Assembly (NCBI GenBank): GCA_016188075.1
Contig: JACPIO010000017.1
Coordinates: forward strand, 23,406-87,405
Reading direction: 5' to 3'
Source of the DNA: Candidatus Wolfebacteria bacterium
GTDB taxonomy: Bacteria; Patescibacteriota; Minisyncoccia; UBA6257; UBA9933
Length of the DNA stretch: 64,000 nt
Every line of letters begins with the position of its first letter. Positions within the stretch are counted from its first letter, which is position 1. Below are positions 1 to 7,953 of this stretch, piece by piece. The translations under genes were made by a program, and so were the position numbers. Under the pieces are notes generated by a model, which made no database searches, was not told the origin of the DNA, and worked only from the letters and a program-made list of their open reading frames with translations.

Positions 1-1367
1 TTCTCGAAGCTCAAGAAAAGGCCGCTGCCCTTCTTGAGGAAATAAAAAAGGAGGAGAAAGAAAGCAAGGTTCAGCTCGGCCGTCTCGAAGAAAGACTCAT
101 TAGAAAAGAAGAGTCGCTCGAAAAACAAGCGGCTGATTTGGTTGACCAAGAAAAGCGGCTGGGAGCGGAGATTGAAAAACTGAAAGGTTTGAAACAAGAG
201 GTTGACAGCTTGAAGCAAAATACAGTAAGAGAGCTTGAAAGAATTTCCGGCTTAAGCCGAGCCGAAGCCAAAGACCTGCTTGTTGCCAAGATTAAATCGG
301 ATTATAACGAAGAGCTGGCTCTTGCCATTCAAAAACTGGAAAGAGAAAAAAGAGACGAACTCGAGAAAAAATCTCTGGAGGTAATGACCGTGGCCATCCA
401 ACGCTACGCGCGTTCTCATGTTTCCGACATAACCACCACGGTCTTCAATCTTAAAGACGAGGATTTGAAAGGTAAGATCATCGGCCGCGAGGGAAGAAAC
501 ATCCGGGCGCTGGAGAGGGCAACCGGAGTGGAGTTTGTGATTGACGAAACGCCGGAGAGTATTCTTATTTCTTCTTTCGATCCGGCGCGCCGCGAGGTGG
601 CGAGGCTGGCTTTGGAAAAGCTGATTAAAGACGGCCGGATTCAGCCGGCTAAGATAGAAGAGAAGGTTGAAGAAGCCAAACAGGAATTAAACAAAAAAAT
701 AATGGAAATCGGGGAGGCCGCCGCTTACGAAGTGGGAATTTACGATCTGCCGAAAGAGATTATTCAGCTTTTGGGCCGGCTTCACTTCCGAACCAGCTAT
801 GGCCAGAACGTTCTTTTAAATTGCATTGAGACGGCGCATTTAGCCGCTATGATAGCCGCGGAGTTGGGTCTTGACCCGGAGGTGGCGAAAAAAGCCGGAC
901 TCCTGCATGATATCGGCAAAGCCATTGATCACGAAGTTCAAGGAAGCCACGTTGATCTCGGCAGAAAAATTCTCAAAAAGTACAACATTCAGAACGAAGT
1001 AATTGAGGCAATGGAAGCCCATCACGAAGAATATCCTTTTGCGTCGCCGGAAGCCTATATAGTGGCGGCAGCCGATGCCCTATCCGCCAGTCGTCCCGGA
1101 GCGCGGAGAGATACGATTGAAAATTATATCAAGCGTCTTGGGGAGTTGGAAAAAATCGCCGCTGGTTTTGACGGAGTAAAAAACGCTTACGCTGTTTCCG
1201 CCGGACGGGAAATAAGGATTTTCGTGGTGCCGGAAAAAATTGATGATTTCGGCGCTCTTCAGCTCGCCAAAAATATTGCCGGTAAAGTGCAGTCGGATTT
1301 AAAATACCCAGGAGAAATCAAGGTAAATGTCATTCGAGAAATAAGAGCGGTGGAATACGCCCGGTAA
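1..1367 (+). CDS. rny: ribonuclease Y (5' end cut by window edge)
   Basis: ORF 138..1367 stays open in the same frame back to nt 3 (LEAQEKAAALLEE... coiled coil). Has a KH-like GREGRNIRALE and an HD motif AGLLHDIGKA. Confidence 0.85.
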   Translation, partial: LEAQEKAAALLEEIKKEEKESKVQLGRLEERLIRKEESLEKQAADLVDQEKRLGAEIEKLKGLKQEVDSLKQNTVRELERISGLSRAEAKDLLVAKIKSDYNEELALAIQKLEREKRDELEKKSLEVMTVAIQRYARSHVSDITTTVFNLKDEDLKGKIIGREGRNIRALERATGVEFVIDETPESILISSFDPARREVARLALEKLIKDGRIQPAKIEEKVEEAKQELNKKIMEIGEAAAYEVGIYDLPKEIIQLLGRLHFRTSYGQNVLLNCIETAHLAAMIAAELGLDPEVAKKAGLLHDIGKAIDHEVQGSHVDLGRKILKKYNIQNEVIEAMEAHHEEYPFASPEAYIVAAADALSASRPGARRDTIENYIKRLGELEKIAAGFDGVKNAYAVSAGREIRIFVVPEKIDDFGALQLAKNIAGKVQSDLKYPGEIKVNVIREIRAVEYAR

Positions 1368-1395
1368 GCCATATTTGACTTTCCACAGGTTATCC

Positions 1396-1424
1396 TTGTT
1401 TTTACCAGATTTTTCCTATATAAT
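1396..1424 (+). promoter_or_regulatory. sigma70-like promoter candidate (TTGTTT-17nt-TATAAT)
   Basis: Perfect -10 hexamer TATAAT at 1419-1424 with TTGTTT 17 nt upstream; lies upstream of hup. No TSS data. Confidence 0.3.
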
Positions 1425-1451
1425 TTGGGGATAAAATAAATTGCCAAAGGT

Positions 1452-1531
1452 CGACGGGAATAGTAAATAGTAAATAGTAATTAGTAAATAGATAAGGAAT
1501 ATAAATTACTAATTACCAATTACTAATTACC
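1452..1531. repeat. inverted pair of TAATTAC-type short repeats (family member, see findings)
   Basis: agtaaatagtaaatagtaattagtaaatag ... attactaattaccaattactaattacc. The arms are reverse complements of each other. The same motif recurs at 5301, 10141, 27831, 41611, 52119 and 63068. Confidence 0.6.
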
Positions 1532-1538
1532 GATCACT

Positions 1539-1814
1539 ATGAATAAAGTTGGACTCGTTGAGGCAGTAATGAAAGCTGCTGGTTTAGAGGTAAAAAAACA
1601 AGCCACTGGCGCCGTTGATGCTGTTTTCGATACCATTACCCAAACAATGAGCCGGGGCGAAGAAGTGGCTATTGCCGGTTTCGGCACCTTTCGAGTGGCG
1701 AAGAGAGCGGCTCGAATGGGTATTAATCCCCGAACAGGCGAGAAGATTCAGATTGCCGCTTCGGTAAAACCAAAATTCCGAGCTGGGAAAGCCTTAAAAG
1801 AGGCCGTAAAATAG
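1539..1814 (+). CDS. hup: DNA-binding protein HU
   Basis: 91 aa; MNK..GLVEAV...FGTFRVAKRAARMGINPRTGEKIQIAASVKPKFRAGKALKEAV is the canonical HU/IHF fold signature. Confidence 0.9.
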   Translation: MNKVGLVEAVMKAAGLEVKKQATGAVDAVFDTITQTMSRGEEVAIAGFGTFRVAKRAARMGINPRTGEKIQIAASVKPKFRAGKALKEAVK

Positions 1815-1840
1815 AGGATTTTTAGCTCGCGAACCAAATT

Positions 1841-1870
1841 AAATAGTCCCGACCGCGGTCGGGACTATTT
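1841..1870 (+). terminator. hairpin terminator after hup (aaatagtcccgaccgcggtcgggactattt)
   Basis: Perfect 13-bp stem with 4-nt loop directly after the hup stop. A related hairpin gtcccgatcgcaatcgggac occurs at 32350. Confidence 0.5.
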
Positions 1871-2007
1871 AATTCAAGCGCCAGCAATTCCTCGCCGCTT
1901 GCGGCGAGGATGAATGGCGTAGATAGGAATTTCGGCGGAGCCGACCCTTATTGGATCGAACCCGCCCTGATGCCGCGTTCCGACTTGTCGGAACGCGGAC
2001 GGGTTCA
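1867..2007 (+). repeat. ~135-nt structured repeat element, copy 1 (long-loop variant)
   Basis: Shares TAATYCAAGCGCCAGCAATTCCTCGCCGCTTGCGGCGAGGATGAATGGCG...GGCGGAGCCGACCCTTATTGGATCGAACCCGCCCTGATGCCGCG-loop-CGCGGACGGGTTCA with copies at 7529, 16025 and 38525. Confidence 0.8.
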
Positions 2008-2493
2008 ATTTCTAATGGCTCTCTCTATTTTCGTAAGTATTTCGCGCGTTTCTTTAATTTTCTCTAATGATTCTTCGATATTGTTATTCTTTAAATTTTC
2101 CTCCGCGATTTTAAAATCATTGACTGCCTCCTGAAGCAGGATGTCGATTTTCGGACCAGGAGAAACGTTCTCCGAAGAAGGTTTATTTTGAAGAATATAT
2201 TTAATCTCGTTCAATTTAAGCTGAATCGAAGCATTAATTTCATCCGCCTGGACTACCAGAGCGTCTTTTCGGGCCTGGTGCGTAAAATAAAAAATCAGGA
2301 GAGTTGAAATAACGACTGCTCCGCCGATCTCGAGGCTGGTTTGTAAGCGAAAGGTTTTTAATACGTCAAAAAAGCGCGCTTTTTCCGCTTTGGGTCCGGA
2401 AGCCAGTATTAAAAATCGGGATCGGGCCGAATACGCCGAATCCGGCTCGATTTTCCTTAGTTCTTTTAAATAAGTTAATAAGTTTTTATTCAT
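2005..2493 (-). CDS. hypothetical membrane/coiled-coil protein, possible anti-sigma factor
   Basis: 162 aa; its start overlaps the stop of the upstream ECF sigma gene by 4 nt; one TM segment plus a coiled-coil C-terminus. Function assigned from position only. Confidence 0.45.
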   Translation of the reverse strand: MNKNLLTYLKELRKIEPDSAYSARSRFLILASGPKAEKARFFDVLKTFRLQTSLEIGGAVVISTLLIFYFTHQARKDALVVQADEINASIQLKLNEIKYILQNKPSSENVSPGPKIDILLQEAVNDFKIAEENLKNNNIEESLEKIKETREILTKIERAIRN

Positions 2494-3044
2494 GCTTCTG
2501 TTTTCACATTTAAGGTTTTTTTGAGCTTTTGGATGGCCCGGTGTTGAAGAAGTCTCACATTCTCGGGCTTTTTTTCTAAAATACGCGCGACTTCATCCGG
2601 CGAAAGCTCCTCCACGAATCTTAGAATAACAATGTCTTGTTCAATTTGATTAAGACATCTCAATGCTTCTTCTACGCGCGCAAGGTCAAGGTTTTGGTCT
2701 ATGATTTTCGAAAGATCATCGTCTCCGGTTTCTTCAAGCTCGTTATTTACCACCTCCTCGAGATCAATATGGATTTTTTTTGTTCGGTAGTAATCAATGA
2801 TTTCGTTGCGGGCAATGCGGTAAAGCCAGCTCGAGAAGGGAAAACCCTCGAACCGGTATTCGATGATTTTCTCGAATCCCTGAAGAAAAACCTGATGGGT
2901 GAGGTCCTCGGCTTCCTCACGAAGGCCTACTTTAAGATAGATAAACCGGTAAATTTGCGGTTGATAATGATCGTAAAGAAGGCCAAAAGCCTGGGCCTCA
3001 CCCTTAATGGCGTGTTTTATGAGATTTTTCTCGCCATCTAACAT
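2490..3044 (-). CDS. RNA polymerase sigma factor, sigma-70 ECF subfamily
   Basis: 184 aa; region 2 (YRFIYLKVG..EDLTHQVFL) and region 4 HTH (ELSPDEVARILEKKPENVRLLQHRAIQKLK). Confidence 0.85.
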   Translation of the reverse strand: MLDGEKNLIKHAIKGEAQAFGLLYDHYQPQIYRFIYLKVGLREEAEDLTHQVFLQGFEKIIEYRFEGFPFSSWLYRIARNEIIDYYRTKKIHIDLEEVVNNELEETGDDDLSKIIDQNLDLARVEEALRCLNQIEQDIVILRFVEELSPDEVARILEKKPENVRLLQHRAIQKLKKTLNVKTEA

Positions 3045-3157
3045 AGATAACGAAGCAGAAAGTGATTAGTTTCCGATTCGGGAAAATGTTGATTTTGGAG
3101 CGGGCCGCCCAAGTAGAACTTGGTCGAGCCTCGCTCAAAATTTTTGCAAAAATTTTG

Positions 3158-3228
3158 AGCGGGTGAAGGGAATCGAACCCTCGTACTCTGATTGGCAACC
3201 AGATGCACTGCCACTGTGCTACACCCGC
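3158..3228 (-). tRNA. tRNA-Gly (GCC)
   Basis: Reverse complement GCGGGTGTAGCACAGTGGCAGTGCATCTGGTTGCCAATCAGAG..GAGGGTTCGATTCCCTTCACCCGCT forms a cloverleaf; anticodon loop TTGCCAA. Confidence 0.85.
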
Positions 3229-3275
3229 ATTCAGTCTTCTTAATATAATCTTGTCCAACTGCTCCGTACAGGCTG

Positions 3276-3359
3276 TGGGCAGAGAGGGACTTGAACCCTC
3301 AAAGGATTACTCCCATAGCGTTCTGAACGCTACGTGTTTGCCAATTTCACCATCTGCCC
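3276..3359 (-). tRNA. tRNA-Leu (CAG)
   Basis: Reverse complement GGGCAGATGGTGAAATTGGCAAACACGTAGCGTTCAGAACGCTA + long variable arm + GAGGGTTCAAGTCCCTCTCTGCCCA; type II tRNA, anticodon loop TTCAGAA. Confidence 0.85.
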
Positions 3360-3369
3360 ATACATTTGG

Positions 3370-5070
3370 TTATTTAAACACCCTTTTCGTCTTCATATAC
3401 CACTTCTCTATAGCAGAGAATCGGTCCGAGGGCAAGGCAATAAAATTTTCTTCAAAACCTTGAAGTCCGCCGCGAATTACATAAAGGTAATTCGGCGAAA
3501 AAAGAAAGATGGCCGGAGCCTCGCCGGAAATAAGCGAGTTTAAACTGGCTAAATCTTTTCTCCGAGCCGTCTCGTCTTCGTCAGTCCGGATCGATTCCAA
3601 GAGCGCGTCGGCCAGCCGGCTTTCGTAAAGAGACAAATTCAGCCCGGGATAAAATCTTTCCGAAGAATGCCAAAAGGAAAAAGGATCGGGATTTTCGCCA
3701 AAAGTGTTTCCAAAAAGAATCATTTCATAGTCGCGAGCTTTGAGCACGCTGTTCGTAATTTCCTCGTGAGACTTCACCGAGACGTTAAGCTTCACGCCGA
3801 TTTTTAACCAGTCGGAAGCAATAAGATTCGCCGCCTCAACCAAAAAGGAATTGTCCGGCACAATTAGATTAAATTCCATTTTGGCAGTTTCTCCGGAACC
3901 GGCAATCAGCCGACCGCCCTTGTCAAGGAGCGGCCCGATTCTTTTTTCCATTATTCCCCCTTCACCCGGGCGCCAGCCGTTTTCCGTGAAAAGAGACAAC
4001 GCTTTGTCCGGCAAAATAAGAGCGGGCTCGCCGTAAGGCGCGGCCTTGTATCCCTCCATTCCGGGAAGAAGCGGCCCCTCTACTCGGAGGGCGTGATTCC
4101 CGAAAACTTTCTCAATAATTTTTTTGCGGTCAACGGCAAGCCCCAAGGCAATTCTTATATTTTTTTCTTGGAGAGCCGGAGCGGAGGCTAAATTAAAGAA
4201 AATGGCGTTGTAGCGGGGCATTCTCAAATCGTACGTCTGCTTCGCGACCGTGATTTTTTCCAAATCCGGCGCGTCGAGATTGCCCGCGCCGTCAACTATC
4301 CCCCTGTTTACCGCTTCAATCAATTCGTCCTTGCTGGGATAGAATTTGAAAATCAGATTATTCAAATACGGCCGCTCCCCTAAATAATTTTCGTTCCTTG
4401 TAAGCTGATATTGACTGATGAATCCGTCTCTTTTTTTCTCGATCGAAAGAAATTTAAACGGTCCGCTCGCGACCGGTTCCAGGTTAAAACTGGAAAGCCG
4501 GATATTGGCCGGCGGCAAAACCCCGAAGATATGCTTGGGAATCGGTCTCAAATCTTTCAAATTGTTTTTAAAGAAGGCGTAAGGAGAAGCTAATTTTAAT
4601 TTGAATTCCAATTCGCTTACTCGCTCGGTCTCCACCCCCTGCCAAGCGAGAAACAAGGGAGAACGAGTATCGGGATCCTGAATCAGATTGATCGTAAAAA
4701 TAACGTCATCGCTCGTAATCTCCACTCCATCATCCCAACGGGCATCGGGCTTAAGCCGGAGATTCCAAGATTTACCCTTGTCGTTCACCTTATAACTCTC
4801 CGCCAAATCCAAAACGTCGCTGAATAAAATTTCCGTCAAATCCCTATCCGGATCGTTCTCGCCCACCAAGACCGGATTCACAAAACTTAATTGCCCGACT
4901 ACGCCTTCGCGGTATTCGCCGCCCAAAGCCGGAATTTCTTTTGTTTTCTCGCCGATAAAATTCGCGCCAATAAAAATTCCGCTTACCGCGAAAACCAAAA
5001 GGCTGGAAGCAAAAATCAACCTCTCAAGGCGCGAAAAAATTTTCCAGATTTTAAGGATTCCCGAAAACAA
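3370..5070 (-). CDS. ABC transporter substrate-binding protein, family 5 (oligopeptide/dipeptide type)
   Basis: 566 aa; N-terminal signal/TM, SBP_bac_5-like body (…DVIFTINLIQDPDTRSPLFLAWQGVE…). Confidence 0.75.
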   Translation of the reverse strand: MFSGILKIWKIFSRLERLIFASSLLVFAVSGIFIGANFIGEKTKEIPALGGEYREGVVGQLSFVNPVLVGENDPDRDLTEILFSDVLDLAESYKVNDKGKSWNLRLKPDARWDDGVEITSDDVIFTINLIQDPDTRSPLFLAWQGVETERVSELEFKLKLASPYAFFKNNLKDLRPIPKHIFGVLPPANIRLSSFNLEPVASGPFKFLSIEKKRDGFISQYQLTRNENYLGERPYLNNLIFKFYPSKDELIEAVNRGIVDGAGNLDAPDLEKITVAKQTYDLRMPRYNAIFFNLASAPALQEKNIRIALGLAVDRKKIIEKVFGNHALRVEGPLLPGMEGYKAAPYGEPALILPDKALSLFTENGWRPGEGGIMEKRIGPLLDKGGRLIAGSGETAKMEFNLIVPDNSFLVEAANLIASDWLKIGVKLNVSVKSHEEITNSVLKARDYEMILFGNTFGENPDPFSFWHSSERFYPGLNLSLYESRLADALLESIRTDEDETARRKDLASLNSLISGEAPAIFLFSPNYLYVIRGGLQGFEENFIALPSDRFSAIEKWYMKTKRVFK

Positions 5071-5076
5071 AGTGGG

Positions 5077-5298
5077 TTAAAAAGATTGCCCGACTATATT
5101 AAAAAGCGAGAGGCCGACAAAAATCAAAGAGAGAACGACGGTGGCGAAAAAGATAACGCGCTCCAGCCCTCGGCGTTGATGATAGACCTCGCCCTCCACG
5201 CCTCCGAAAATAGAAGAGGCGCCGGAAGACCGCTCTTGAAGCAAGATCAAAGCGATCAAAAGAACGGAAACGATAATTTGAACAATAGAGATGAACAT
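5077..5298 (-). CDS. secG: preprotein translocase subunit SecG
   Basis: 73 aa, two TM helices, LLQERSSGASSIFGG...RRGLE signature. Confidence 0.8.
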   Translation of the reverse strand: MFISIVQIIVSVLLIALILLQERSSGASSIFGGVEGEVYHQRRGLERVIFFATVVLSLIFVGLSLFNIVGQSF

Positions 5299-5332
5299 AG
5301 ACGGTAATTGGTAATTAGTAATTAGAAATTTT

Positions 5333-5695
5333 TTACTTGTATACTCTTTTCACGGCAAAGTGGATTAAAAAATTCGTGAGTCCGATAATAAGCGTAGCAT
5401 AAAAAAGAGGCAAAAGTCCATTGATGGTCAAAGTGGCAGAGTAGAGGTCGAGAATGTAGAGTAATATCATATTCACCAAAATTATTCCTAGACCCAAGGT
5501 CAGAAAAATAATCGGGCCCAAAATCAGCTTGAAGACCGGACCCAGAAAGAAGTTAATAAAGGTAAAAATAGCGGCAACCTGGGTCGTTGACCAGAAGTCG
5601 GAGGGAATGCTCACGCCGGACACAAAATTGTTTACCACCCAAAAAGCGACCAGATTGGAAAAAAACGCGATAATGAACCGAGAGGCGATTTTCAT
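5333..5695 (-). CDS. membrane protein, DUF360 / phage-holin-4_2-like family
   Basis: 120 aa, 4 predicted TM helices, LGPIIFLTLGLGIILVN pattern. Confidence 0.55.
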   Translation of the reverse strand: MKIASRFIIAFFSNLVAFWVVNNFVSGVSIPSDFWSTTQVAAIFTFINFFLGPVFKLILGPIIFLTLGLGIILVNMILLYILDLYSATLTINGLLPLFYATLIIGLTNFLIHFAVKRVYK

Positions 5696-5956
5696 AGTTT
5701 TATGATTTTAGCACATCTACGTTATCCACAAAAGACGCTTTCTATATTAAGGTTTGAGATGTATAATATACAAAGGTAATCAAACCCCGTCACCTTTGGA
5801 AGATTGCGTTTCTTATAAACGCCGTGGTTTGACTATATCCGTTTTCCCAAAGACCAAATTTTGGGAATGCGGGGCTAATTAAACAAGAAACGACAATAGC
5901 GTTTACTATCTTCCAAAGGTACGGGGCAAAGGTCGAAAAAACTCGGAAACACAATT

Positions 5957-6646
5957 ATGATACTTCAAAGCTGGGCAGAAGTTACAAGCACTAACCTTCA
6001 GAGAGTCTGGGCAGGGGTTTTAGAAACACTGCCTTTAATTATCGGGGCCATTGTCGTAATTATCGTCGGACTGGTGGTTGCCTCTCTTATTAAATGGCTG
6101 GTCGAGAGCCTGATTAAAGGAATCAAGCTTGACGTTCTCCTTGAAAAATTGGGGCTCACAACCTATTTAAGCCGGGCAGGGCTAAACCTGGACTCGGGGC
6201 GATTTTTCGGCCTTTTGGTTTACTGGTTTTTAGTTATTGTTTTCGTATTGGCCGCGTCCGACATTCTGCATCTCTGGGGCTTATCAATCTTCTTGAGCAA
6301 TGTTTTGGCCTATGTCCCCAACGTAATCGCCGCCATGCTGATGATCCTCGCGGCGGTGGTGGCGGCCAAATTCCTGAAGTCGTTAGTCGGCGCTTCCATT
6401 ATGAGCGCCAAACTTCACGCTTCAAGATTCTTAGGCACTTTCACCTGGTGGGCGGTTGTCATTTTCGGATTACTCGCGGCGCTCTATCAGCTTTTGGGTA
6501 ATTCCGCCACTACCCTAATAAATACCCTGGTTACGGGCGTCATCGCGATGATTGCTCTGGCCGGCGGTATCGCCTTTGGTTTGGGCGGCAAAGAATACGC
6601 GGCGCATCTCTTGGAAAAGCTAAGGGAGCACACCGAAGAAGAATAA
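5957..6646 (+). CDS. hypothetical polytopic membrane protein (conserved TM-helix repeat)
   Basis: 229 aa, several TM helices, no catalytic motif recognised. Confidence 0.55.
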   Translation: MILQSWAEVTSTNLQRVWAGVLETLPLIIGAIVVIIVGLVVASLIKWLVESLIKGIKLDVLLEKLGLTTYLSRAGLNLDSGRFFGLLVYWFLVIVFVLAASDILHLWGLSIFLSNVLAYVPNVIAAMLMILAAVVAAKFLKSLVGASIMSAKLHASRFLGTFTWWAVVIFGLLAALYQLLGNSATTLINTLVTGVIAMIALAGGIAFGLGGKEYAAHLLEKLREHTEEE

Positions 6647-6694
6647 GCGGAGCTCCACGGGAAACGAAGGATCGCCTTTCTAGAAAGACGAAAC

Positions 6695-6726
6695 AAAAAT
6701 TCCCCGCCTTAGGCGGGGAATTTTTG
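6695..6726 (+). terminator. rho-independent terminator
   Basis: aaaaattccccgcc-tta-ggcggggaattttt followed by a T-run; lies 3' of the 5957..6646 gene. Confidence 0.7.
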
Positions 6727-6898
6727 TTGTTGACCCCAACACCAATAGTGGATAGGTTATCATAATAAAGAAAAATTTTGTATATATATTTATAATTTAA
6801 ACCAATTTGGCAGAAATATGGTTAGACGAGAATTTATCAATCCACTATTGGTGTGGGGTTGAAAAAACCCAATTTATATGCTAAGATGTTGAAAACCC

Positions 6899-7531
6899 AT
6901 GACTATTACCTGGTACGGCGAAGGCAGTTTTAAAATTCAGACCGGAGAAACCTCGCTTCTCACGGATCCGTTTGACCCTATAACAGGGCTTACTCCTCCC
7001 CGGTTTAAGCCTCAAATTATTCTCAAAACCCTGAATGCTATCGCTGATCTTTCGGCGAAGGACGCCAAAAATCGAGATGGGCTTTCCATAAACGGCGCGG
7101 GCGAATACAATCTAAGGGGCATAAATATCTTGGGCATTCCGCTCACAGAAGAATCAACCGGCAAATTTTTAAAAACCATCTATATTCTGGAAGCCGAGGA
7201 TATCCGGCTTTGTCTTCTCGGGCACCTGTCCGAAGCGCCGGAAACGGCCACTCTTCAGAAAATCGGGGAGATTGACATTCTTTTTATTCCGGCCGGCGGC
7301 AAACCGTTTCTCGATCAAAAATCAAGTTTTAAGCTCGTGAAGCAGATTGAACCCAAAATAGTCATTCCATCATTTTTTAAACTGCCGGGCCTGAAACGTC
7401 CGGCGGCCGACGTCCAAACCTTCCTCGATGAAGTGAATCACAAAAAAATAGATTCCCAAGAAAAATTATCCATAAAAAGCAAAGAGTTAAGAGAAAGCAA
7501 ATCAATGCAAATCGCGGTTTTAAAAATTTAA
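6899..7531 (+). CDS. MBL-fold metal-dependent hydrolase (UPF0173-like)
   Basis: 210 aa; LTDPFDP... and CLLGHLSE fit the beta-lactamase superfamily pattern. Confidence 0.5.
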   Translation: MTITWYGEGSFKIQTGETSLLTDPFDPITGLTPPRFKPQIILKTLNAIADLSAKDAKNRDGLSINGAGEYNLRGINILGIPLTEESTGKFLKTIYILEAEDIRLCLLGHLSEAPETATLQKIGEIDILFIPAGGKPFLDQKSSFKLVKQIEPKIVIPSFFKLPGLKRPAADVQTFLDEVNHKKIDSQEKLSIKSKELRESKSMQIAVLKI

Positions 7532-7660
7532 TCCAAGCGCCAGCAATTCCTCGCCGCTTGCGGCGAGGATGAATGGCGCGACTAGAAATCTCGGCGGAGC
7601 CGACCCTTATTGGATCGAACCCGCCCTGATGCCGCGCCGCTTGCGGCGCGGACGGGTTCA
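7529..7660 (+). repeat. ~135-nt structured repeat element, copy 2 (short-loop variant)
   Basis: See copy 1. Terminal hairpin is GCCGCGCCGC-ttg-CGGCGCGGAC here versus GCCGCGTTCCGAC-ttg-TCGGAACGCGGAC in copy 1, a compensatory change. Confidence 0.8.
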
Positions 7661-7662
7661 CA

Positions 7663-7953
7663 ATGCAAGCGATAAAAAAATTCCTCGAAAAAATTCAAAA
7701 TTCCGACGAGGCGGCGAAAAAACGCTGGGTGGCGGGCGCGAGCGCCCTTGCCATGATCATGATCATTTTTTTCTGGGCTTTCACAATGAATCCGTTAGCC
7801 GATTCGACCTCTCGTCTTCGCGGAGAGGCGGGGCCGGGTTTCTGGGAAATTTTTACAAGCGGTTTAAGAGAGGTAACGGCGTCGATCAAAAATGAATTGA
7901 AAAATCTGTCTTCAACATTAATCGAAGAGCGATCAATTACCATAGAGAAATAA
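7663..7953 (+). CDS. hypothetical small membrane protein
   Basis: 96 aa, one TM helix; its stop overlaps the gyrA start. Confidence 0.4.
   Translation: MQAIKKFLEKIQNSDEAAKKRWVAGASALAMIMIIFFWAFTMNPLADSTSRLRGEAGPGFWEIFTSGLREVTASIKNELKNLSSTLIEERSITIEK

Noticed and set aside
1910-2134. Small conserved ORFs through the ~135-nt repeat (MNG..NLGGADPYWIEPALMPR... on +; MNPSAPQAARHQGGFDPIRVG... on -) as real peptide genes
   Set aside because: Conservation is explained by the nucleotide repeat itself. The ORFs have no stop inside the element, run into unrelated downstream genes in other frames, and copy differences are paired hairpin changes rather than synonymous changes.
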